Below are positions 9,634-16,726 of a stretch of DNA of 61,300 nt, in pieces. Within the stretch, counting starts at the first letter, position 1; each line of letters starts with the position of its first letter. A program made the translations under genes and the position numbers. Under the pieces are notes generated by a model, which was given only the letters and a program-made list of their open reading frames with translations, ran no database searches and was not told the origin of the DNA. The stretch is from an uncultured Eubacteriales bacterium (GTDB taxonomy: Bacteria > Actinomycetota > Coriobacteriia > Anaerosomatales > JAUVQN01). The stretch is from contig CAYOSP010000001.1 of NCBI GenBank assembly GCA_964406675.1, positions 133,440-194,739 on the forward strand, written 5' to 3'.

Positions 9634-9976
9634 TAGTGATGACGTCGATCAGCCGAGGAGCGTGATCGCAGCCTGAGTGAGACGAAAGATTCGTCCAAGG
9701 CAGCGCCCGAGACGGCAGATGAAGGCTCCCGGATGGCGCACAACGGAATAGCGAGACGGACGATCCGCTTCGATGGTCGTAGCCACGGGAAGCCCGGCAT
9801 AAGCTCTTGCTGACAGAGCGAGGGTGAGGCCGAGAGGGAGAACACTCACTCGGCCGATAACCTTCGACTGAGACCTAAAAGTCGGGAAGCTTGAGCGGTG
9901 CGAAGGCCGTCTCGGGCGCGAGTCCGTCCAGAGGCAGGTGAAGACAGGCGGCGGTCCTCCGGGGCCGTTTCTTCGT
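9634..9976 (+). ncRNA. candidate ~340-nt structured RNA of unknown class
   Basis: Bounded by the TATAAT promoter and a hairpin plus U-rich tail. No plus-strand ORF is present, and G+C is lower than in flanking coding DNA. Internal complementarities: GCC(U)GAGUGAG 9671-9681 with CUCACUCGGC 9845-9854; hairpin GACGAA-AGA-UUCGUC at 9681-9695; a perfect 14-nt pairing of GCGCCCGAGACGGC 9703-9716 with GCCGUCUCGGGCGC 9906-9919. I could not match it by eye to RNase P, tmRNA, SRP, 6S or any common riboswitch. Confidence 0.35.
9951..9976 (+). terminator. intrinsic-terminator-like hairpin with U-rich tail
   Basis: CGGUCC-UCCG-GGGCCG (6 bp including one G-U pair) at 9952-9967 is followed by UUUCUUCGU. 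Confidence 0.45.
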
Positions 9977-9978
9977 AT

Positions 9979-9995
9979 CCGCGGCCGTTCCGCGG
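9979..9995 (-). terminator. GC hairpin just downstream of the nitroreductase stop
   Basis: CCGCGG-CCGTT-CCGCGG is a palindromic 6-bp stem, 5 nt after the minus-strand TGA at 10000-10002. Confidence 0.4.
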
Positions 9996-9999
9996 GCGC

Positions 10000-10509
10000 T
10001 CACCAGGTCTCGTGGTGGACGCGCGAGGGATCGTAGCGGTCGGCGGGCGGCTTCTCCTCGGCGGGATGCCCGAGGCCGATGAGGGCGAACGGCGTCACGT
10101 CGTCCGGCAGCTCCGCCAGCTCACGACACCCCTGCACGCGTTCCTCCACGGGGTACACGCCCAGCCACACGCCGCCCAGCCCTCGGGAGGTGGCCTCGAG
10201 CAGGATGTTCTGCACCGCCGCGGAGCAGTCGTGCGGCCAGTGGTGCGGATGCTTCAGCCCCTCGGTGCGCGCGCAGACCATGACCGCGGCCGCCGCCTCG
10301 GGCATCATCGCGGCGTAGCGGTGGAACGACGGGATGGCGGCCAGCTTCTCCCGGTCGCGTATCACGACGAAGCACCACGGCTGCTGGTTGCCGGCCGAAG
10401 GGGCCGCCATCGCGGCGCGCATGAGCGCCTCGAGGTCCTCGTCGGAGAGCGGCTCGTCGGTGTACTTGCGGATGCTGCGTCGGGCGAGGATCGTGTCCAT
10501 GACGTCCAT
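10000..10509 (-). CDS. nitroreductase family protein (169 aa)
   Basis: MDVMDTILARRSIRKYTDEPLSDEDLEALMRAAMAAPSAGNQQPW... is a typical nitroreductase N-terminus. ATG at 10509 is preceded by GAAAGG. The longer track ORF (to 10656) would run into the tRNA gene. Confidence 0.85.
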   Translation of the reverse strand: MDVMDTILARRSIRKYTDEPLSDEDLEALMRAAMAAPSAGNQQPWCFVVIRDREKLAAIPSFHRYAAMMPEAAAAVMVCARTEGLKHPHHWPHDCSAAVQNILLEATSRGLGGVWLGVYPVEERVQGCRELAELPDDVTPFALIGLGHPAEEKPPADRYDPSRVHHETW

Positions 10510-10610
10510 CCTTTCGGGTCGGCCCTCGGTCGTCGGGATCGCGCCCGCGGCGGCGTGTCCGCCTAGGACGCGGGTGCTTCTGCTAGAGATTACCCAGGCA
10601 CGCTGCGTGC

Positions 10611-10616
10611 TATAGT
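10611..10616 (+). promoter_or_regulatory. candidate -10 box (TATAGT) for tRNA-Ala
   Basis: TATAGT lies 15 nt upstream of the tRNA 5' end and is flanked by the inverted repeat AGGCAC/GTGCCT. No good -35 is present. Confidence 0.3.
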
Positions 10617-10630
10617 GTGCCTGCTCAGAT

Positions 10631-10705
10631 GGGCGAGTGGCGCAACGGGAGCGCACCTGCTTTGCACGCAGGGGGTTGAGGGTTCGAATCCCTTCTCGTC
10701 CACCA
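10631..10705 (+). tRNA. tRNA-Ala (anticodon UGC), CCA encoded
   Basis: Cloverleaf folded by hand: acceptor GGGCGAG/CTCGTCC with the G3:U70 alanine identity pair; D stem GCGC/GCGC; anticodon stem CCTGC/GCAGG with loop TTTGCAC (UGC); T arm GAGGG-TTCGAAT-CCCTT; discriminator A followed by CCA. Confidence 0.95.
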
Positions 10706-10711
10706 GTCGAA

Positions 10712-10754
10712 AACGAAGGCTCCTTCGGATCTAGCTTCCGAAGGAGCCTTCGTT
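10712..10754. terminator. perfect 18-bp hairpin between tRNA-Ala and the convergent islet gene (possible bidirectional terminator)
   Basis: AACGAAGGCTCCTTCGGA-tctagct-TCCGAAGGAGCCTTCGTT has no mismatch. Confidence 0.6.
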
Positions 10755-10817
10755 CCTACCCCTTGAGGCGCTCTTGTGCTCGGCCTGCAGACGCGTCTCG
10801 CAGGTGGTCAGATGTCC

Positions 10818-11462
10818 CTACCTCAGAATCATGGAGGCCGCGACTTTCTGGAGCTGTCCGTATGGCAGATCAGGATGCACTATGAACACGAGCCACCTAT
10901 CGGATGCGAAGGCGAGTTGAGACTTGCCAAGCTCGATTCCCGTGCCTGACTTTGTCCAGCCCTCGCCGTCCGTCTCTGCGGGAATCGCTCCCTTGCTCCA
11001 GGCGACGCCAGGATTTCCCTCGACGCTCACCCGGTGCATAACGCTGGAGAACTCTGGCAAGTACATGCCGTCGACCACCTGTGCTGCGGCGGATCGCGTA
11101 CTTGCCTCCTCGAAAGAGATGGTCATTCCGTTGTCGTATTCCAGAACGACTACGTCAGGCTCGCCTGGATCTTCGAGGCCGTCGACATACGTTCCAGTGA
11201 CATTGCCGGCGACCGAGTCGGTCGGCAGGCCGAGTTCGATGCCTGCGGTGGCCAAGGTTGCGGAGGGATTATCGACGCGTTCATAGCCTCGCTCCTCGAA
11301 ACCGTTGAGAGCATCTTCAGGCGAAAACGTCCCAGCACTCTCGACTGGATCTTCGTCGTTCACGTGCCTCGCGTTCTGGGAGGTCCGACCAAAGACAACG
11401 CCAGCTACCGCTCCTACAACAAGGACTGCGCAGAGGGTCAAAGCAACGCGTTGAAGAGTCAT
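10818..11462 (-). CDS. membrane-anchored hypothetical protein (214 aa), C-terminus reminiscent of DUF4367 / anti-sigma C-terminal domains
   Basis: Start chosen at ATG 11462 (MTLQRVALTLCAVLVVGAVAGVVFG is a TM anchor), preceded by GAGAGGTGA. The upstream part of the track ORF overlaps the previous gene. The tail ...LAFASDRWLVFIVHPDLPYGQLQKVAASMILR resembles DUF4367 from memory only. Confidence 0.55.
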   Translation of the reverse strand: MTLQRVALTLCAVLVVGAVAGVVFGRTSQNARHVNDEDPVESAGTFSPEDALNGFEERGYERVDNPSATLATAGIELGLPTDSVAGNVTGTYVDGLEDPGEPDVVVLEYDNGMTISFEEASTRSAAAQVVDGMYLPEFSSVMHRVSVEGNPGVAWSKGAIPAETDGEGWTKSGTGIELGKSQLAFASDRWLVFIVHPDLPYGQLQKVAASMILR

Positions 11463-11476
11463 TCGATTGTCACCTC

Positions 11477-12154
11477 TCAGTATTCGTATGTGTACCAATG
11501 CGACGCCGAGTAGTTGCGCCAGCCGTAGTACGGGTCTTGATTCAGTCCTCTCACGGAAGATGTCCAGTATTGCCACCCGAAGCTATCGTTCTTGACCTTG
11601 ATGTACCGGAATGAACTCCGGTTCGAGTCGCCCCAGTACCCTCTCTCGCTGCTGATGCTGGCTGCGTCCTTGACCATCATGAAGTTGTTGACGTACGCAG
11701 TGACCTTCCCATTGTATGCCGTGCGCCAGTTTTCTGGCGCGTAGTTGCCGTTGGACGCGTTATTGATCTCAAGCTGGACGTAGTAGGCGTTCCCCCAATC
11801 CGTTGGAAATCTCAAAGAATACGGATACAGTTGTATGGGGTTCCAGGTGCTGTAGCTGTAGTTGTACTGGACGACGACCTTGGGGCTGCTCCAGCTGCTT
11901 CGGAGCCCCACTCCGGTCTCTATGTGGCGGACATTGGTAGGCCAGTTATCAGTGTGCATGTAGATGCTGCTGATCCTCTGACCGCCAGGCTGTAGAGTCC
12001 ACACATCGTCCGGGTAGACGTATGGTTGGGCAGCGATTCCTCTCCAGTTGCCGGGCTGGTGCCGCGTGTCGGCGCTCAGAGCTAGGGCAGGCTGACTGGC
12101 TGCCATCACCAGGCAGAGAGCAAACAACAGGGCTGCGCTCACTCGAAGACGCAT
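11477..12154 (-). CDS. secreted Trp/Tyr/Asn-rich protein of unknown function (225 aa)
   Basis: Sec-type signal peptide MRLRVSAALLFALCLVMAASQPALA-LS. The mature part has no Cys and is very rich in W, Y, N and S (…WQYWTSSVRGLNQDPYYGWRNYSASHWYTYEY). Low GC. I recognise no family. Confidence 0.65.
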   Translation of the reverse strand: MRLRVSAALLFALCLVMAASQPALALSADTRHQPGNWRGIAAQPYVYPDDVWTLQPGGQRISSIYMHTDNWPTNVRHIETGVGLRSSWSSPKVVVQYNYSYSTWNPIQLYPYSLRFPTDWGNAYYVQLEINNASNGNYAPENWRTAYNGKVTAYVNNFMMVKDAASISSERGYWGDSNRSSFRYIKVKNDSFGWQYWTSSVRGLNQDPYYGWRNYSASHWYTYEY

Positions 12155-12219
12155 ACGGTCACCTTTCTCTTCTGACGGTACTCACGCCGGGCACTCCGCG
12201 CTGACTCACGTTTGACTGC

Positions 12220-12248
12220 TCCCTTCGTTCTCGGTCACTCAGTCAACC
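12220..12248 (+). repeat. degenerate direct repeat of the tRNA-Ala 3' end plus flank (possible att remnant)
   Basis: TCCCTTCGTTCTCGGTCACTCAGTCAACC compared with the tRNA end and flank TCCCTTCTCGTCCACCAGTCGAAAAC. Shared blocks are TCCCTTC, TCG, TC, AC and CAGTC, and several indels are needed. Confidence 0.2.
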
Positions 12249-12728
12249 GGTACCGTGGACGACCGTAGCCGCTAGGTCTTACCGGATCCTTACCGCTCGA
12301 TGGCCGAAATCGTCGATGGCCGTAGGCGTCTGGCGCGTGAGCGCCCCGGTAAGCATGCCGGGCCTTCCGTTTCGAGAACATGAGGAGGCAGGGTTGATGA
12401 CCAAATCAGAGCGGAAGTGAGCGTAGCGACCCTGAACGCGCGGCAGGGTTCATGATTGGTCTGCTCATCCTCGTGATTTACGTAAGCCGCTGCTCCGCAT
12501 GCGGCTGGAGACGCACAAGATGGGCGCCGACGGCTATCCGAAGAAGTGGACGCCTCTCTCATGCAGCGAAGAGAGCAATCTGGCGACGTTGTGCGTCATG
12601 GTCCTCGTGTTCGGAGCGCTGCTCATGACCGGGGACGTGCCTACGGGAATCGTGTGGACCTGACGGTGAGGAGCTACTAGCAGGCGGTGCTCGTCCGGAG
12701 GACACGGCTCCCGCCACACACCCGAAAC

Positions 12729-13382
12729 ATGACGCCTCTACCATGGCCTGACCGGCATGCGCCGGGCACGGTCGAGGCTGGAGAGAGCGTGCGGATCCGC
12801 GGCATCGAGCATGTCGAACACGAGACCCCCGGGTCCATCGCCGAATGGGCCGCCGAGCGCGGTCACGGAACGGGGCGGACCCGCCTGTGGGCCGGGGACC
12901 CCCTGCCGGATCTCGACTCCTTCGACTGGCTCGTGGTCATGGGCGGCCCCATGAGCGTGAAGGACGAGCGGGAGCATCCCTGGCTGGTGAAGGAGAAGTG
13001 GCTCGTCGTCCAGGCGATCGCCGCACGGAGGCTCGTGCTCGGGGTCTGCCTCGGGGCGCAGATCGTCGCCGAGGTGCTGGGCGCGGACGTCACCGAGTGC
13101 CCGACCGCCGAGATCGGCTGGTATCCGGTGCGCCTCACCCCCGCGGTCGACGAGTCCCACGTCACATGGGTGCTGCCCGAGCGCTTCGTGCCGCTGCACT
13201 GGCACGGCGAGACGTTCTCCCTGCCGGCCCACGCCGTCCGCGTCACCGAGAGCGAGCGCTGTCGCGACCAGGCGTTCGAGGGAGCCCGCTCTCTCGCCTA
13301 CCTGCTGCTGGACCGGATGGCGGCTCGGGCGGACACGGATGAGGTCGAGGACGCGAAGGACGCGCGCGCCTCGACGGCCTGA
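12729..13382 (+). CDS. class-I glutamine amidotransferase-like protein with a divergent or truncated C-terminus (possible pseudogene)
   Basis: GATase1 features are FDWLVVMGGPMS and the nucleophile elbow GVCLGAQ. After ...CRDQAFEG the expected G-x-QFHPE His/Glu block is absent in all three frames and is replaced by ARSLAYLLLDRMAARADTDEVEDAKDARASTA. ATG 12729 was chosen. Confidence 0.6.
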   Translation: MTPLPWPDRHAPGTVEAGESVRIRGIEHVEHETPGSIAEWAAERGHGTGRTRLWAGDPLPDLDSFDWLVVMGGPMSVKDEREHPWLVKEKWLVVQAIAARRLVLGVCLGAQIVAEVLGADVTECPTAEIGWYPVRLTPAVDESHVTWVLPERFVPLHWHGETFSLPAHAVRVTESERCRDQAFEGARSLAYLLLDRMAARADTDEVEDAKDARASTA

Positions 13383-13438
13383 GCGCCGGGGTCCGACGCG
13401 TAATCAAGGCGCGGCTGACCCACCGGTGCCCCGGGCCC

Positions 13439-15571
13439 TCACGCCTCCTCATCGCCCGCAGCCGGGAACACCACCGTGATCACCGTCTGCTCGGCATGTT
13501 CCAGCAGCCACTCCGTCCCGTGGCCGAGGAACGGTCTCCCGTCGACCGGCCTCACGGTCGTTCCGACCACGAGGGTGTCGGCACGCCACTCCTTGGCGGT
13601 CCGGAGGAGCTCCTCCGCCGGCACCGCGCCCTCGCAGACCCGCACCTCGCAGGTGCTGCCGAACGCCTCCGCGGACTCCTGCACGCGCATGAGGTGACGC
13701 TCCGCGGCCGGCGAATGATCCTCGCCCTGCTCGCCCTCCGGGACCACATGGACGCTGAGGACCGCCGCGTCGAACGCGTTGGCCAGCCGGAACGCGAGCT
13801 CCTCGGAGGCGCGGCCCGGCTGGGTGCCGGTCACGCCCAGCAGGATCCGTCGTATCTCGCGGCCGTCCAGATCGCGCTCGCTGTGGATGTGCCGCCCGCG
13901 CCGGACGAGCAGAAGGGGGATCGGGGTGTCCGCGATCACCCTCTGGACCGGTTCGGACAGCTCGTGCGAGCCCACGTAGTCCTCGTTGAGGCCCAGGGTG
14001 AGGAGGCGATGACCGAGCTCGGCCTCCTGGAGGATGGACGCTGCGGGATCGTCGCGGCGAGTCTCGATGCGCAGATCGGTGGCGCGGTCCGCGAGGACCT
14101 TCCGGACCCCGTCGAGTTCCGGCATCGCGGTCGTGAGGCGATCGCGCACCGAGAGGATGGTGACCTGGGACGAAGGCTGGAGCAGCGCGTCGAGCACCTT
14201 CGCCGCGAGGACCGAGTTCAATCCGCCGCGGGTGGGGAGTAGGGCGCTGCGGGCGTTGGCGATGACGCTGTTGGCCAGGAGTTCCTCCTGCTCGAGTCGC
14301 TCGGCCTCCTCCGGCGACGCTTGGAGACGGCGGAGTATCGCCCGAAGCACGGGCGGCGCGCCCATCGACGTCGCCACGGCGAGCAGGACGATGATCGCAT
14401 AGGATGCCTCGTTCAAAGCGCCGAGGGACAGCCCGATGGTCGCCAACACGATCTCCATGGCGCCTCGGGCGTTCAGCCCCACGCCGGCGGCGAGACTCTC
14501 CATCTTGGACATCCCCGCCACCCGTCCGCCCCCGAAGGACCCGATCAGCTTGGCGAGTGCGGCGACCACCAGCACTACGGCCGCCCAGAACAGCGCCGTG
14601 GGATCGAACAGCACCGCGAGGTCGACGTACAGGCCCGCGGTGGCGAAGAAGATGGGCGCGAACACGTTGTTGCTCAGCACCTCTATCGAGCGCCGCACGT
14701 CCTGGCGCTGGTAGCGTGAGCGGCCCAGGACGACTCCCGCGATCAGCGCACCCAGGACCGCCTCGACCTGCATCGCCTGGGTGATCGCTCCCAGCACGAA
14801 GACGACGAGGAGCGTGGCCGAGAGTGCCGCGCCGAACCCCCCTGCGGCACGCGCCCGCCGCAGTATGAAGTCCGCCATCCGCTGTCCCACGGTGAGACCC
14901 AAGACGAGGAATGCGACGACGCCGGCCACGGTGATCGCGAGAGCGCCGGCGTCCACCGTGCCGGCGGTGAACACGCCCACCACCACGCCGAGGAGCATCC
15001 ATCCGACGAGGTCGTTCGCCACGCCGGCGGCGATGGTCAGCTGGCCGACGTTCCGGCGCATCAGGTCCATGTCGACCATGATCTTGGCGATCACCGGGAG
15101 GGCCGAGATGCTCAGCGCCACGCCGATGAACATGGCGAAGCCGAGCTGGTTGGCGTGATCGCCCCACAGGGCCTCCGGCATGATCCAGCCGGTCAGGAAT
15201 CCGAACACGAGCGGGACCACCAGACTGCCCACCGACAGCGTGAAGGCGGGCAATCCGAGTCGCCGCAGGAGGTCCAGGTCCGTCTCGAACCCGGTGACCA
15301 CCAACAGCAGGGCGATGCCCAACCAGGCGATGGCCAGGATGAGCGCGCTCTCGACCGGACCGCCGGGGAACACCCAGGCGGCGACATCGGGCAGCAGTCT
15401 CCCGAAGATGGAGGGCCCCAGGATGATCCCGGCGCCGAGCTCACCGACCACTCGCGGCTGTCCGGCCCGATGGGCGAGTGCGCCCAGCCCTCTCGCCGCC
15501 GCCAGGAGCAGGGCCAGCTGCACCCAGAAGACCAGGAGCTCGTGTTCTCCGACAGCGGTGAGCATCGTCAT
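13439..15571 (-). CDS. cation:proton antiporter (CPA2 / Kef-NapA type) fused to C-terminal universal-stress-protein-like domains (710 aa)
   Basis: The N-terminal ~400 aa is polytopic with GQPRVVGELGAGIILGPS. The C-terminal ~280 aa has two Usp-like modules (ILLGVTGTQPGRASEELAFRLA..., TLVVGTT...GHGTEWLLEHAEQTVITV). Confidence 0.85.
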   Translation of the reverse strand: MTMLTAVGEHELLVFWVQLALLLAAARGLGALAHRAGQPRVVGELGAGIILGPSIFGRLLPDVAAWVFPGGPVESALILAIAWLGIALLLVVTGFETDLDLLRRLGLPAFTLSVGSLVVPLVFGFLTGWIMPEALWGDHANQLGFAMFIGVALSISALPVIAKIMVDMDLMRRNVGQLTIAAGVANDLVGWMLLGVVVGVFTAGTVDAGALAITVAGVVAFLVLGLTVGQRMADFILRRARAAGGFGAALSATLLVVFVLGAITQAMQVEAVLGALIAGVVLGRSRYQRQDVRRSIEVLSNNVFAPIFFATAGLYVDLAVLFDPTALFWAAVVLVVAALAKLIGSFGGGRVAGMSKMESLAAGVGLNARGAMEIVLATIGLSLGALNEASYAIIVLLAVATSMGAPPVLRAILRRLQASPEEAERLEQEELLANSVIANARSALLPTRGGLNSVLAAKVLDALLQPSSQVTILSVRDRLTTAMPELDGVRKVLADRATDLRIETRRDDPAASILQEAELGHRLLTLGLNEDYVGSHELSEPVQRVIADTPIPLLLVRRGRHIHSERDLDGREIRRILLGVTGTQPGRASEELAFRLANAFDAAVLSVHVVPEGEQGEDHSPAAERHLMRVQESAEAFGSTCEVRVCEGAVPAEELLRTAKEWRADTLVVGTTVRPVDGRPFLGHGTEWLLEHAEQTVITVVFPAAGDEEA

Positions 15572-15710
15572 GACGTCGTCTCCGGATCCGCGGGGACGCC
15601 GGACCGCCCCCGATGTCGCGTCGCGTCCCGCGCACTATAGCACGTGTCCTGGTAGGGTTAGAATCCTTGGGCGGAGCGCAAAATGCCAGGTGAGACAGGA
15701 GGAGCGCGGG

Positions 15711-16628
15711 GTGACCGAGGACCGATTGGACGCCCGCACCCTACTCGCCGTCGGGACGACGCTGGTCTTCTGGGCGTCGGCGTTCGCGGGCATACGGGCC
15801 GGACTCGAGGCGTACGGGCCCGGGCAGGTCGCGCTCCTGCGCTTCCTCACCGCGTCCGCGGTGCTCGCCGTGTACGCCCTCGTCACCAGGATGCGGCTTC
15901 CGAGAGCCGGGGACGTGCCCGCCATCGTCCTCGCGGGGTTCCTCGGCATCACGGTGTATCACGTGGCGCTCTCCTTCGGCGAGCGGACCGTCACCGCGGG
16001 AGCCGCGAGCCTGTTGATCGCGGCCGGACCGATCTTCACGGCGATGCTCGCGGGCGTGTTCCTCGGCGAGCGGCTGACGCTGGCCGCATGGGGCGGGATC
16101 GCTCTCAGCTTCGTCGGCGTGGCGCTCATCGCGCTCGGAGAGGGCGAGGGGTTGCGGTTCGAGTCCGACGCGCTGCTCGTCTTGCTGGCGGCGCTCTCGA
16201 CGAGCATGTACTTCGTGTTCCAGAAGCCGTATCTGGCCCGGTACGGCGCGCTCGAGTTCGCCGCGTACGCGATCTGGGCGGGGACGGTGTTCATGCTCCC
16301 GTTCGCCCCGGGCCTGGTCCGGCAGCTGCCGTCCGCGCCGCTCGCACCCACCGCGGCCGTCGTGTACCTGGGGGTCTTCCCGGCCGCCTTGGCCTACGTG
16401 ACCTGGACCTACGCGCTCTCGCGGGCCGGCGCCTCGAGGATCACCACGTTCCTCTACCTGTCACCGGTGCTCGCCATCGCGATCGCCTGGGTGTGGCTCG
16501 GCGAGGTGCCGGGCCTGCTGTCGGTCGTGGGCGGAGCGCTCGCGGTCGCCGGTGTGGTGGTGGTCAACTCGCAGCGCAAGGGCGGTCGACGAAGGATATC
16601 GGGTAGGATGTGTACTAAGCTCCCGTAA
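15711..16628 (+). CDS. EamA/DMT family transporter (305 aa)
   Basis: About 10 hydrophobic helices in two EamA-like halves. GTG at 15711 is preceded by AGGAGG. The upstream part of the 482-aa track ORF is antisense to the antiporter gene. Confidence 0.85.
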   Translation: MTEDRLDARTLLAVGTTLVFWASAFAGIRAGLEAYGPGQVALLRFLTASAVLAVYALVTRMRLPRAGDVPAIVLAGFLGITVYHVALSFGERTVTAGAASLLIAAGPIFTAMLAGVFLGERLTLAAWGGIALSFVGVALIALGEGEGLRFESDALLVLLAALSTSMYFVFQKPYLARYGALEFAAYAIWAGTVFMLPFAPGLVRQLPSAPLAPTAAVVYLGVFPAALAYVTWTYALSRAGASRITTFLYLSPVLAIAIAWVWLGEVPGLLSVVGGALAVAGVVVVNSQRKGGRRRISGRMCTKLP

Positions 16629-16656
16629 TCTCTCGGGCCGTCCCTCGTCATGATCC

Positions 16657-16688
16657 GACGTAGGGCGGATGTGACGTAGGGCGGATGT
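16657..16688. repeat. perfect 16-bp tandem duplication (GACGTAGGGCGGATGT x2)
   Basis: Read directly at 16657-16672 and 16673-16688, about 40 nt upstream of the next start codon. Confidence 0.9.
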
Positions 16689-16726
16689 GGCCCCGGGGGG
16701 CGTTCGGCGCCGGAGCAGGAGAGGCG

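Larger units (their letters stand above)
10706..12248. mobile_element. putative horizontally acquired low-GC islet at the 3' end of tRNA-Ala (no integrase present)
   Basis: Sample 60-nt lines count 45-53% G+C (e.g. 11581-11640, 11761-11820), against ~73% in flanking genes (e.g. 1021-1080). The islet starts right after the tRNA. A degenerate copy of the tRNA 3' end plus flank lies at 12220-12248. Confidence 0.3.

Noticed and set aside
9703-9919. MITE-like element defined by the perfect 14-bp inverted repeat GCGCCCGAGACGGC/GCCGTCTCGGGCGC
   Set aside because: No target-site duplication directly flanks the repeats, and I noticed no second copy of the repeat in my reading of the window. The repeat fits better as an RNA helix inside the promoter-to-terminator unit.
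9634-9976. Assignment of the candidate RNA to RNase P, tmRNA, SRP RNA, 6S/Ms1, cobalamin, TPP, guanidine-I, c-di-GMP-I or ydaO classes
   Set aside because: The conserved cores of these classes are absent. Missing elements include GGAAAGUCCGG with ACAGAA.CCGGCUUA, the tRNA-like 3' end UCCACCA, the GGAA tetraloop domain IV, the B12 box and CUGAGA with ACCUGAUCUGGAUAAUGCCAGCG. Only short chance similarities such as AGCCCGG and GCCAC were seen. The 5' and 3' ends are not complementary, as a 6S-like rod would require.
10510-10656. N-terminal extension of the nitroreductase ORF up to 10656
   Set aside because: The extension would overlap the tRNA-Ala gene and its promoter. The family N-terminus begins at MDVMDTILARRSIRKY (ATG 10509), which has an RBS-like GAAAGG.
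12452-12663. Two overlapping mini-ORFs (58 aa at 12452-12628; 47 aa at 12520-12663) in the 570-bp gap beside the islet
   Set aside because: Both are short, lack a convincing RBS and are mutually exclusive. Hydrophobic stretches (MIGLLILVIYV, CVMVLVFGALLM) are suggestive but do not amount to evidence.
10706-12728. Canonical integrative element (integrase, excisionase or transposase) next to tRNA-Ala
   Set aside because: No recombinase-like ORF exists in any frame of the low-GC segment or its flanks. Only a degenerate repeat of the tRNA end supports an integration history, so the region is reported as a low-confidence islet remnant.
15180-15710. N-terminal 177 aa of the 482-aa track ORF containing the EamA transporter
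   Set aside because: This part is antisense to the CPA2 antiporter gene and is Ser/Pro/Arg-rich. The EamA homology starts at GTG 15711, behind AGGAGG.
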